Positions 18,697 to 28,233 of a stretch of 64,000 nucleotides of DNA are shown here, piece by piece; positions within the stretch are counted from its first letter, which is position 1; each line of letters opens with the position of its first letter. Under the pieces are notes generated by a model. It ran no database searches. It saw only the letters and a program-made list of their open reading frames with translations, and was not told the origin of the DNA. Origin of the DNA: Methanobacteriota archaeon (GTDB lineage Archaea; Thermoplasmatota; Poseidoniia; Poseidoniales; Thalassarchaeaceae); contig BPDA01000001.1 of the NCBI GenBank assembly GCA_019654055.1, forward strand, positions 17,938 to 81,937, read 5' to 3'. Made by a program: the position numbers and the translations under genes.

Positions 18697-18816
18697 TCAC
18701 TCGACCTTCCAGTGGTGACCGCATACCGTGCAGTAGAGCTTGTAGCCACCGAAAGAGAGCGGTAGTCCAGAGACGTCCACAGCCGTCCCGCAGAGTTCGC
18801 AGTTGCGGACTCGCAT
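18697..18816 (-). CDS. Small zinc-ribbon protein (39 aa; MRVRNCELCGTAVDVSGLPLSFGGYKLYCTVCGHHWKVE)
   Basis: CxxC...CxxC ribbon; starts 18816 and stops 18697, abutting the Nog1 stop. Below the ORF-track cut-off. Purely sequence-based. Confidence 0.35.
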   Translation of the reverse strand: MRVRNCELCGTAVDVSGLPLSFGGYKLYCTVCGHHWKVE

Positions 18817-18861
18817 GGCTACTGCACCCCGCCTCGGTTTTTCAACAAGACTGATTTCCGG

Positions 18862-19452
18862 TCAGGCTTCCCTAAAGCGCTTCCAGAATCTCATCAGTCT
18901 CTCGTGCACGAACATCTCGCCGGATCCCGCTAACAGCAGGATCGCCACGAACGCCAGCAGTATCTCGACCACCGGGTTCAACGCTATCTCAGGAGTTATG
19001 GTGACCAGCTGCTTGCCGCCTACGCCCGAGGTGTCGGTGCTCGCCGTAGCGAATCTGTACTCACCGGGTCTGAGCTCGAACACCATCGAACCGTCACTCC
19101 CGTCGTCACCGCCGGCGATGAAGTCGAAGTCGTCTGCAGTGCAGGTAGTCAGCCCGTTAGAGTCGGGCTCGCAGCCGCTGGGAGGGGGGCTGGCTATGAC
19201 CCCTATCCAACTGCTGTCGGACTGGTTCCACTCAATCGTGAGCTCGATGTCCAGCAGCACGAAGGCGGTAGGAGATACGAGGTCCTCACTGGTCATCCCG
19301 ACCGGACATCCCGCCGCATCGTCGGTGCACGGGACTAGTGGGATGTCGGTCCGGCTGGCATCGAGCGTCGGCCCGTAGAGGCTGACCACAACCAGCAGGG
19401 CGCAGATTATCCCCATCACCGCTGGCAGCACTGACAAGATTCGAATCATCAT
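18862..19452 (-). CDS. Hypothetical exported/membrane-anchored protein (N-terminal signal/TM, C-terminal TM)
   Basis: MMIRILSVLPAVMGIICALLVVVSLYG... with a C-terminal EILLAFVAILLLAGSG helix; Cys-containing acidic middle region. Confidence 0.45.
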   Translation of the reverse strand: MMIRILSVLPAVMGIICALLVVVSLYGPTLDASRTDIPLVPCTDDAAGCPVGMTSEDLVSPTAFVLLDIELTIEWNQSDSSWIGVIASPPPSGCEPDSNGLTTCTADDFDFIAGGDDGSDGSMVFELRPGEYRFATASTDTSGVGGKQLVTITPEIALNPVVEILLAFVAILLLAGSGEMFVHERLMRFWKRFREA

Positions 19453-19480
19453 CGCTGTGCCGACCTCCTGCCCCCTTGAT

Positions 19481-19798
19481 TCAACCTGACGCCCCCATGG
19501 CCTGTAGCAGGACCAGAAGTATCGCTATGGCAGGGAATAGGTAGAGCATTACTGTCAGCCTCTTCCTCGAGCCCTCCCTCTTCCTCTGCTTCTCGGCGCA
19601 CTCCTCGTCGGAGCAGACCGGGGGGTCGGCGTCGAGCGGGATTGGGGCCCAGCACACCGAGCAGTGCCGATGCTCCCCGACAGCGAACTCACGTCGGGCA
19701 CGCTCCCTCCTCTGGGTGTCTCGCTGCCTCTTCGCAGCCTCGCGGACCTCGCCTGCGGTCCTCTGAGCCGCCTTCCGAATCTTGTCTGCCCTACTCAT
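19481..19798 (-). CDS. Small CxxC...CxxC zinc-finger protein with C-terminal TM helix (about 105 aa)
   Basis: MSRADKIRKAAQRTAGEVREAAKRQRDTQRRERARREF...HCSVCWAPIP...PPVCSDEEC...LTVMLYLFPAIAILLVLLQA. The ATG overlaps the pyrH stop (ATGA). Confidence 0.4.
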   Translation of the reverse strand: MSRADKIRKAAQRTAGEVREAAKRQRDTQRRERARREFAVGEHRHCSVCWAPIPLDADPPVCSDEECAEKQRKREGSRKRLTVMLYLFPAIAILLVLLQAMGASG

Positions 19799-20494
19799 TC
19801 GACCACCGTGCCTCCGAAGTCCCCGCCCTCCATGGCCACTCGGATTGCCTCCGGGTCCCTGCCATCGAGTATGCACAGTGGCATGCCGGCGATAGCCGCA
19901 GCGCTCGCACCCATGGGGTCGACGACCTGAGAAGGGCCGGCTTGAGAATGCTCGGCCGGGCCGACGATGGATTGTAGCTGCGAGTGAGTGAGTCGATCGT
20001 GGGCCACCGCATCGGGATCGGTCCTAGGGTCGGAGTCGTGTACCTTGGAGACATTGGTCGCAATGACGCAGCGTTCGGCAGCGACCGCGACAGCGAGCCT
20101 GATGGCGACCGCGTCGGTGGTGTGACCGGGGCGAGTCCCCCCCATGACGACGACTTGACGGTCCTCGAGTAGAGAGGCCGCCTCGTTGACACTTCGGGGG
20201 ATGGTGCCTGAGACCGGGATGCCGGCATCGGCAAGACTCTCCCTGACTATGGCTGCGTTGAGGCGGGTCGCTGCGATTCCTATCCTATCGAGTCTGTCCT
20301 CCGAGTCCACGATGGGCCTAGCGAGGGCTATCCCCTCGCGCGCGGCGGCTCCGCCGCCGACCCCCAAAGCCGAGCCTGTCGTCCATTGTCACACGGTCCC
20401 TGACGACCTCGATTAGTCCCTCGAGCCAGCTGTGCCTGTGCTCGACCTCGGGCCTGAGCAGGCTGCCTCCGAGTGCCACTATCACCGTCGCCAT
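19795..20494 (-). CDS. pyrH: Uridylate (UMP) kinase, archaeal type, frameshift near 20365
   Basis: N-part MATVIVALGGSLLRPE... in the frame of ORF 20318..20878. Remainder VVGGGAAAREGIALARPIVDSEDRLDRIGIAATRLNAAIV...VVVMGGTRPGHTTDAVAIRLA...CILDGRDPEAI in the frame of ORF 19795..20367. Confidence 0.75.
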
Positions 20495-20590
20495 CGAAGG
20501 ATGGGCGTACATGCCCCCTTTCAATGCCTGCGGCGTCGGCGCGGTGAAGGGTTGAAATGCCGCCCCTCGGGCCTCCGACAGAGGTACAGC

Positions 20591-21843
20591 ATGTCTGATG
20601 AGTTGGAGCAGCAGCAGCGCAGGCTCCGTCTGAAGAAGGCTCTCGAGGAGCTCACAGCCATGCGTGGCATGGGCACCGAGCTGGTCACAGTCATCGTGCC
20701 GCCTGACAAGATGATTCACGACGTCAGACAGCATCTCTCCCAGGAGGCGGGCCAAGCTGCCAACATCAAGTCGAAGTCGACAAGGAAGCACGTGGCGGAC
20801 GCCATAGAGTCGGCCATAGCCACCATCAACCGCTACAAGACCCCGGGAGAATCGGGAATCGCGATCTTCGTGGGCCACGTCATCGTAGGTAACAACAAGT
20901 CACGCCTGATATCCACGGTGGTCGACGACCCGCCCCAGCCGTTCCCATCGTTCCGCTACCGCTGCGATTCGCGGTTCGAGCTCAGCCAACTCGAGGAGAT
21001 GCTGATCGACAGGGCAGCCTACGGACTGTTCGTCATAGACCGCTTTCCCAGTCAGGGTTACGGGTTGGCAACCGGCAAGCGAATGCACTGTCAGGAGCAC
21101 ATTACCTCGCAAGTCCCATCCAAGCACGGCAGGGGGGGCCAGTCCGCGCAGCGCTTTGAGCGTCTGATAGAGGAGGCAGCTCACAACTTCTTCAAGAAGT
21201 CCGCCGAGCGGGCATGCTCCTACTGGCTGCCCCAGTTGGAGAACCTCGAGGGCATCATTGTCGGGGGACCGGGAGCCACCAAGGACTACGTCGTCAAGAA
21301 CGACTACTTTCACCACGAGATAAAGAAGTTGATTCGCGAACCCCACTTCGACGTCGGCTACTCAAATGAGAGCGGCCTGCGCGAGCTGTTGCAGCGAGCC
21401 GGCGGCCTGATGGACCAAATCGAGTTGGAGGCCGAGCGTAACCTAGTCGATCAGTTCCTGAGCGAGGTCATGCAGCCGCATCCGAAGGCGACTTACGGCG
21501 AGGCCATGATTAGGTCTGCACTGAATCAGGGCGCGGTGCACACTCTACTGTTATCCGAGGCCCTGCGCAAGCGCAGAGTAGGTTGGTCATGCAAGCCCTG
21601 CGGGCACGAGTGGGAGGCCACGCAGACAAGCCTCTCCGACATCCCGAACTGCCCGTCCTGCGATTCGGAGGACATCAGGGAGGACCCTGACAGGTCGATG
21701 GACCTGATGGACGAGTTGACCATGCTCGCAGGGGCCCCACCTCAGCCAAGGTCAGCCTGATTTCGATGGACACCGAGGAGGGAGCGACCTTGAACGACGG
21801 CTTCGGCGGCATCGCCGCACTGCTGAGGTACGCATGGAGCTGA
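20591..21843 (+). CDS. Peptide chain release factor aRF1 (eRF1 family), with a CxxC...CxxC insertion in the C-domain and a frameshift about 100 nt before the true stop
   Basis: NIKS (QAANIKSKSTRKHV) and GGQ (KHGRGGQSAQRFERL) motifs. The conserved C-terminal ...LNDGFGGIAALLRYAWS* is read in the +2 frame (stop 21841..21843), whereas the track ORF ends at 21760. Confidence 0.85.
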
Positions 21844-21847
21844 TCCG

Positions 21848-23588
21848 ATGAGAATGCTGGCAGAGGCGGTTTACCCAGCGATGGGCCTGACTCTGTCCGG
21901 GATGGGGGTCACTGAGTCCGACTGCGCCGATTTGCTAGGGCCGGCTACCGTCGAGGAGCATGGCGACCTAGCACTGCCATGCCACAGCCTAGCAGCAGTT
22001 CTGCGACGCTCTCCCATGGATATTGCAGAGGAAGTGTCTTTGACGCTCGCACCGGCCCTTGCCGGTATCGCGAAGGTCTCAGCAGTAAGTGGGTTCGTTA
22101 ACCTGAGTGCCGAGCCGGAATGGCTCGCTGTCCGACTCTCCGAACTGCTCGCAGACGACCGCCTAGGCATAGCTGAGGAGGAAGCGCGGGTGGCGGCAGT
22201 CGACTACTCCGCGCCCAACGTGGCCAAGGAGATGCACGTGGGCCACCTCAGGTCAACGGTCATCGGTGACGCGATAGTCCGCATGTTAACTTACAAGGGG
22301 CACACTGTGTACAGGGAGAACCACGTTGGCGACTGGGGGACTCCGTTCGGGATGCTGATTGAGCACCTGCTGGACCTCGGCGAGGCCAACGCCGCCGAGG
22401 AGCTCAGCGTGGGCGACCTCGACGGCTTCTACAAGCAGGCCCGAGCCAAGTTCGAATCCGACGACGACTTCGTCGAGCGCTCGAGGAGGAGGGTGGTGCT
22501 GTTGCAGGGCGGTGACGAGGAGACTCTGAGGCTGTGGAGCGTCCTCGTCGAAGAGTCAATGCGCTACTTCAACGAGGTCTACCAGATGCTGGGGGTGCTG
22601 CTGACCAGAGACGACATCATGGGTGAGTCGAGCTATCACCACCTGCTTCCCGTTGTAGTGCAGAGGCTGGACGAGAGTGGCCTGCTGGAGGAGAGCGAGG
22701 GCGCACGTGTGGTGTACCCGGGTGGTTGGGTCAACCGGGAGGGCGAGCCCATGCCAGTAATCATCTCGAAGGCGGACGGTGGTTACAACTACGCCACCAC
22801 AGACCTCGCCTGCATAATCGACCGTGTCGAGAGACTCGGTTGCGACGACCTCCTCTACGTGGTAGGGACTCCTCAGTCCCAGCACTTCGACATGGTGTTC
22901 GAAGTGGCCCAGCAAGCTGGTTTCATGGGCGTTTCGCATAATGCCGTGCACGTCAAGTTCGGCTCGGTGCTGGATTCCGACGGCAAGATACTGAAGAGCC
23001 GCGAGGGCGAGGTAATCAAGTTGGTCGACCTCCTCAGGGAGTCGATTAACAGAGCCGAGCAGGCGGTCGCCGAGAGGAACCCGGAGCTGAAGGGTGCCCA
23101 GAGGCAGGAGGTGGCAAGAGCCATCGGGATCGGCGCTGTGAAGTACGCCGACCTGTCAACCGAGAGGACCAAGGACTACGTCTTCGATTGGGACAGGATG
23201 CTCTCGTTCGAGGGCAACACCTCGCCATACCTCCAGTACGCCCATGCTAGGATATGCAGTATCTTCCGGCGCTCTGGGGCCGAGCGCTCCTCGCTCAGGG
23301 TCGCCGACATCTCCCTCGACCGGTCCGAGGAGCAGTTGCTAGCCAGACGACTGGCCAACTTCGCAGCGGTCACAGACGACACGCTGGCCACTTACTCTCC
23401 GCATCGCCTGTGCACCTACCTGCACTCGGTCGCCTCGGCCTTCGCAACGTTCTACGAGTCCTGTCCGGTTCTTCCCTGCCGAGGACGAAGCGACGATGAC
23501 CAGCAGGCTGGCCCTGTGCGATTTGACAGCCAAGACAATCTCGACGGGACTAGGCCTGTTAGGCATTGACTCGCCCGAGCAAATGTAA
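21848..23588 (+). CDS. argS: Arginyl-tRNA synthetase, frameshift about 100 nt before the true stop
   Basis: VDYSAPNVAKEMHVGHLRSTVIGDAI (HIGH), ArgRS catalytic core, MSFEG...YLQYAHARICSIFRR; the conserved terminus AEDEATMTSRLALCDLTAKTISTGLGLLGIDSPEQM* lies in the +2 frame after ...FYESCPVLP. Confidence 0.85.
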
Positions 23589-23612
23589 TGTGCAGTACCT
23601 CGTGGACCCACC

Positions 23613-24077
23613 ATGCCGGCCATTGGTGACACAGCCCCCGACTTCACTCTGACAGCCCATGACAAGTCCTCGGTCACTCTGAGTGAGATGAGGGGCGACA
23701 GGGTCGTACTCGCCTTTTTCCCCGCTGCTTTCACCGGAGTGTGCACCAACGAGATGTGCACCTTCTCGGATGGGATGACCGTCTTGGGGTCCGGTGGCGC
23801 GTCGGTGCTTGGAATCTCCGTGGACTCCCCTTTCTCTAACTCCGCGTTCGCCGAGGCGAACGACATCTCTTTCCCGCTGCTTTCTGATGTCCACAGGGAG
23901 GCTGTCAACGCCTACGACGTCGCCCTAGCGGACTTCGTCATCCCGGGGTACACGGTGGCTCAGCGCTCGGTCTTCGTGGTCGAGGCGGACGGCAGTATCG
24001 GGTACGTCTGGGTCGCGGAAAACCCCGGGCAGGAGCCAGACTACGAGGCAGTGATGGCTCACTGCGCCTCGCCGTAG
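23613..24077 (+). CDS. Peroxiredoxin (AhpC/TSA-Bcp family)
   Basis: GDTAPDFTLTAHDKSSVTLSEMRGDRVVLAFFPAAFTGVCTNEMCTFSD carries the peroxidatic Cys in the FTxVCTxE context. Confidence 0.75.
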   Translation: MPAIGDTAPDFTLTAHDKSSVTLSEMRGDRVVLAFFPAAFTGVCTNEMCTFSDGMTVLGSGGASVLGISVDSPFSNSAFAEANDISFPLLSDVHREAVNAYDVALADFVIPGYTVAQRSVFVVEADGSIGYVWVAENPGQEPDYEAVMAHCASP

Positions 24078-25717
24078 GCGAGGTACCTCGCTACCGAGCC
24101 GTAGATGATTCCGGATACCATGAGACTCTCCTCGTTGAAGCGGTCCATGGTGTCGAGGTAGGTGTGGTACTCGGTCGAGCCCGAGCCGTAGCATACTATG
24201 GCCCGTCCGTAGTCCTTGTCGACTCCTTCGTCCTCGTCTATTCCGTAGACGAACGGAGCGTGGTCCGAGTTGTACGGCATCTCGGTCGAAGCGAGCTTCC
24301 TGACGTCGATCGGGTACTTGTCTGCCAGCTCTGGGTAGGCCTGCGAGAACGCATCCACCACACCGGTGATGTGAGCGACATCAGCCTGGTTGTTGCCGAA
24401 CATGGTCAACCCGGAGTTCCGCTCCGCATCGACGTGGTTCATGTCGAGGTTGATGTAAAGCCTGAGATTCTCCTCCAGCATCGTCCTGTGCTTGTCCACC
24501 CACTCGGTCGAGCCCCACAGCCCCTCCTCCTCACCACCCCAGGTGCAGAAGTAGAGCGTCATCTCAGGAGTACCGAGCCTGAACTCCAGCAGTCCGAACT
24601 GCCTAGCAATCTCCTGTAGGGTGGCCACCCCCGAGGTGTCGTCGACGGCCCCCTGCCCGTTGTACACAGTATCGTGATGCGCGCCGAAGATCACCAGCGA
24701 CTCCGTCTTGCCCTCGATGATTCCGCAGGGCACTCGGATGGTGGCCGTTCCCGCGTTGTTCACATCGGTGATGAACTGCAACCGGGCATCGCCATTGATG
24801 ACCTCGTCGATGATGGTCTGACCAACGCTCCTCGAGACCATAATGAAGCCCAGGCCATCCGGAATCGGGTCTATCGAGGATATCCCGACCGACTTGAAGT
24901 AGGGCACGCAGTCGTCCGCCACCAGTTCGTCGCAGTTCTGCCTGTCATTGATCAGGATGAGTCCCTCCAAGTCGTTATCAGCCGCCCGCTCGAATAGGGC
25001 GGTGTTGCCCTCTGTCTCGGGCTTCAGCCAGACCAACCCCACTGCGTTCGACGCAGAGCCCCAATCGGCCGAGTCGTTACCGGTCCCGAGGTCGATTACC
25101 GGCATGTCATCGACGTAGCGAACGAAGGAGGAGCCGCTGTATCCCTGCAGGACGAAGTCCTCGCGATGGGAGAATTCGACTATCTCGCGGTTGACGTCCG
25201 CCGTCGTGCAAGGGGTGGGACCGCCGATTATGACGCCGATGTCACCCGGCGTGCACAGTGAGAGCTCGGGCTCGCTGCCTATGACGAACATCGGAACATC
25301 GAACTCCTCGAGGGTCGCCGGTATTCCCATCGACGAGAAGTTGAGCTTAATCGAATCGGCGGTGTTCTTCTCCTCTATGGTCCCCGAGAGCCTCCCCTCC
25401 CAATCCGGATGGCCCAAGTCGACCAGAGACTGCGCGTAGACTCTTGACTGCTCAGCGTCGAACTCGATGAGCTGGTAGTCGGGCTCACCTTGGATCCACT
25501 CGATAATCTCGTCACTGTATAGAATCGCGCCGCCCGAGCCGCCGACGAGTATCAGCGCGCTCACGACCAGCACGGGTATCGGAAGTTCACGAGCGCGCGC
25601 GATGCTATCAGCAAGCGTCTTTCGGGCCTTGGAAGCATTGCTTTCTGCCTCGATGACCTCTGCGTCCACGACCGGCTCCACAGAACCCTCGCCCCTTCGC
25701 CGGACTATTGAACCCAC
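24059..25717 (-). CDS. M28-family zinc aminopeptidase with PA domain and N-terminal membrane anchor
   Basis: IFGAHHDTVYNGQGAVDDTSGVATLQEIAR...FCTWGGEEEGLWGS...STEYHTYLDT are M28 metal-binding motifs. N-terminal TM PIPVLVVSALILVGG. Confidence 0.7.
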   Translation of the reverse strand: MGSIVRRRGEGSVEPVVDAEVIEAESNASKARKTLADSIARARELPIPVLVVSALILVGGSGGAILYSDEIIEWIQGEPDYQLIEFDAEQSRVYAQSLVDLGHPDWEGRLSGTIEEKNTADSIKLNFSSMGIPATLEEFDVPMFVIGSEPELSLCTPGDIGVIIGGPTPCTTADVNREIVEFSHREDFVLQGYSGSSFVRYVDDMPVIDLGTGNDSADWGSASNAVGLVWLKPETEGNTALFERAADNDLEGLILINDRQNCDELVADDCVPYFKSVGISSIDPIPDGLGFIMVSRSVGQTIIDEVINGDARLQFITDVNNAGTATIRVPCGIIEGKTESLVIFGAHHDTVYNGQGAVDDTSGVATLQEIARQFGLLEFRLGTPEMTLYFCTWGGEEEGLWGSTEWVDKHRTMLEENLRLYINLDMNHVDAERNSGLTMFGNNQADVAHITGVVDAFSQAYPELADKYPIDVRKLASTEMPYNSDHAPFVYGIDEDEGVDKDYGRAIVCYGSGSTEYHTYLDTMDRFNEESLMVSGIIYGSVARYLAYGEAQ

Positions 25718-25743
25718 GCCGGAGGGGAATCATTCTCAGCCGG

Positions 25744-26329
25744 TTAGTCGCGGCTGACCTCGTCCCCGGTCCAGCGCCTGCCCAGCGAGTGCTCGACCCC
25801 CATCTGGTCGAGAATCCGAGCAACCACGAAGTCCACTAGGTCCCCTATGCTCTCAGGCGAGTTGTAGAACCCAGGACTGGCAGGCAGTATCACTACCCCC
25901 CAGGCCGACATCCTAGCCATAGCTTCGAGATGAGGGGTCGAGACAGGAGCCTCCCTAGGGACTACAATGAGCTTGCGTCTCTCCTTCAACGCCACCTAGA
26001 GCGCTTCTGGTTGCTAGGTTGTCGGAAATCCCGGCCGCAATCTTACCGACGGTGGTCCCGCTGGCCGGGCATACGACGTAGGCGTCGAAGCGAGCGGAGC
26101 CCGAGGCGGAGCGAGCGGCGAGATTGTTGTTGTCCTCTAGCGTGACACCGTCCCGCTCGCCTATGTCATGTGGGGTGATGCCGCACTCGAGGTCGAGGTT
26201 GATTGCTCCGGCGCTGGTGATAATCAGGCTGACCTGCCACCCCGCGCCCAGCAGTTCGTCGACCAGACGCACGCCGTACTGCGCACCAGACGCGCCGGTG
26301 ATAGCCACCACGGCCTCGGGCATGGACAA
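25744..26329 (-). CDS. ubiX: Flavin prenyltransferase UbiX-like, frameshift near 25985
   Basis: N-part [22 protein letters not shown]...[27 protein letters not shown] (ORF 25955..26329). C-part [66 protein letters not shown] (ORF 25744..25995). Confidence 0.7.
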
Positions 26330-26363
26330 CGGTCATCGCCACTGTCCTTCAATGGTTGCTTAC

Positions 26364-27575
26364 CTACAGGCTCCGTCCTAGGGCCTCGGCGAGGTACCTG
26401 TACTCGTCCTGATGGTTGTACAGCTGCGCCGAGATGCGGATGTACCTGACACCGTGGTGGCGCCACGGCATTACAGGGACTTGGATGCCGTACTCGTCGA
26501 GCAGGAGATTATGGAACGGGTCGCCCTCTAGGCTCATCGGGCCGACTTCGCCCTCCGTCGTGATCTCGACGGAAGCCAGCGCCGATACCATGGAGTCGGG
26601 AAACGGTGGACTGGTTCCCAGTGCCTCGCACAGTATACCCCTGCCCTCTATGGCGAGGGCGTGGTTGCGTCGCATGATCTCGGGCCACCCTCCCTCGACT
26701 AGGTCACCGAGGTACTCGATTGCCTTCGGGATGCACATCCACGCGGAGGGATCCTGCGTCCCGGGCCATGCGAACTCGAACTCGAACTTCTCCTGCGCAT
26801 CGCCCTCGAACGATGCCCCATGACTGATGTTCAGAGGCCGGACGAGGTGCTTACGGTCCTCGCGGATGTGTAGGAACGCGGAACCCTTCGGGGAGCACAG
26901 CCACTTGTGACAGTTTCCTGTGCAGTAGGCCGGAGCCAGCTCTGACAGGTCCAGGGGGACGATTCCCGGGCCATGTGCGGCGTCCAGTAGCACGTCTACT
27001 CCCCTAGATTGCAGTTGCAAAGTCAGCTCCTCGAACGGCATCCTCATGCCCGTCGGACTGGTCACGGTGTCGATTAGGGCGAGCACGGTTCTGTCGGTCA
27101 CCGCGCCCATGATGATGTCAAGCACCTCCTGCGGACCCTCGACCCTGAAGGGGACCTCGACCACCACCGTCTTCGCCCCAGACCTCTCGGTGACGAAGTC
27201 GACGGCATTCCAGCAGGCCTGATAAGAGTGGTCGGGGACGATAATCTCGTCCCCGGGCTGCAGTCGCAGGCTCCTGAGCACGGTGTTAATCCCCTGAGTG
27301 GCGTTGCTGACGAAGACCATGCCATCGACGTCCGCGTTCACGAACTCCGACAGCGCCCGACGAGCATCGTCCCACAGGCCGATGTTTTCCCTCTCGAAGA
27401 AACGCACCGGGTCCTTCTCCATCAGGGCCCTAATCCTCCTCTGCTCGTCCATAATCGCGGCGGGAGTGGCTCCAAAGGAGCCATGGTTCAGGAAGACGGT
27501 GTTGGGGTCGAGCGTCCAGTGCTCGGCCAAGTCGCCCTTGCGCGGGCGATTCATGCGGGCATCTCCGGACCCCAC
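26364..27575 (-). CDS. Class V PLP-dependent aminotransferase (cysteine desulfurase / isopenicillin-N epimerase-like)
   Basis: FLNHGSFGATPAAIMD...VFVSNATQGINTVL...VLLDAAHGPG...NCHKWLCSPKGSAFL fits the fold-type I class V pattern, with the PLP lysine in HKW. Confidence 0.7.
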   Translation of the reverse strand: MGSGDARMNRPRKGDLAEHWTLDPNTVFLNHGSFGATPAAIMDEQRRIRALMEKDPVRFFERENIGLWDDARRALSEFVNADVDGMVFVSNATQGINTVLRSLRLQPGDEIIVPDHSYQACWNAVDFVTERSGAKTVVVEVPFRVEGPQEVLDIIMGAVTDRTVLALIDTVTSPTGMRMPFEELTLQLQSRGVDVLLDAAHGPGIVPLDLSELAPAYCTGNCHKWLCSPKGSAFLHIREDRKHLVRPLNISHGASFEGDAQEKFEFEFAWPGTQDPSAWMCIPKAIEYLGDLVEGGWPEIMRRNHALAIEGRGILCEALGTSPPFPDSMVSALASVEITTEGEVGPMSLEGDPFHNLLLDEYGIQVPVMPWRHHGVRYIRISAQLYNHQDEYRYLAEALGRSL

Positions 27576-28225
27576 TCTACTGGCTGAGACGGTGAGCGCC
27601 CCAGGCTCGCCTCGCAGTTCTCGAGCAGCGCCCGTTCGACTCGAGAGATGTCGATTGGGTTTCCAGCAGGGTCCCTATCGTAACCCAGTTGAGCGAGGCT
27701 GGAGTGCACTCCAGCGTTCATGCCGCATCCTTCTAGGTCCTCGACGCGTGTCCCGGGGGTGCGGATGTTGATTGACATGCCATGGCGACTAACCCAGTGG
27801 AGGAAGGAAAGCCCAATCGAGCAGACCTTGTGGCCATCCACCCAGGCCCCTTGCATGGATGGATCCTTGTAGGCTGGCACACCGCAATCCGCGAGTGCGA
27901 CTATCGCCCAGTCCTCGAGCCTGCCGATTATTGCCCTGATGCTCTGCTCCCCGACTCCCCACTTGACGATGGGGTACGCTACCAACTGCCCGGGCCCGTG
28001 CCAGGTAATTCCCCCTCCTCTGTCGGTAGGCGAGGTGGGGTATCCTTGCACCTCCACGCCGTCTCTAACTGCCTTCGGTCCCACGGTCACGACCTCTGGG
28101 TGCTCCACGAGGATGAGGGTATCTGGAACCTCGTCATTGATTCTCTGCTGCTGCATCTCTTTCATCGCCTCGGCCATGATGTGATGCTCGACTACTCCGG
28201 CTCTAAGGACTCTCAACTCGCTCAT
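27551..28225 (-). CDS. lipB: Octanoyl/lipoyl-[acyl-carrier/GcvH]-protein N-octanoyltransferase
   Basis: LILVEHPEVVTVGPKAVRD...RGGGITWHGPGQLVAYPIV...GHKVCSIGLS are LipB signature motifs (RGG.TYHGPGQ / K.AA.G). Overlaps the aminotransferase gene by 25 nt. Confidence 0.8.
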   Translation of the reverse strand: MSELRVLRAGVVEHHIMAEAMKEMQQQRINDEVPDTLILVEHPEVVTVGPKAVRDGVEVQGYPTSPTDRGGGITWHGPGQLVAYPIVKWGVGEQSIRAIIGRLEDWAIVALADCGVPAYKDPSMQGAWVDGHKVCSIGLSFLHWVSRHGMSINIRTPGTRVEDLEGCGMNAGVHSSLAQLGYDRDPAGNPIDISRVERALLENCEASLGRSPSQPVEWGPEMPA

Positions 28226-28233
28226 GCTATCCC

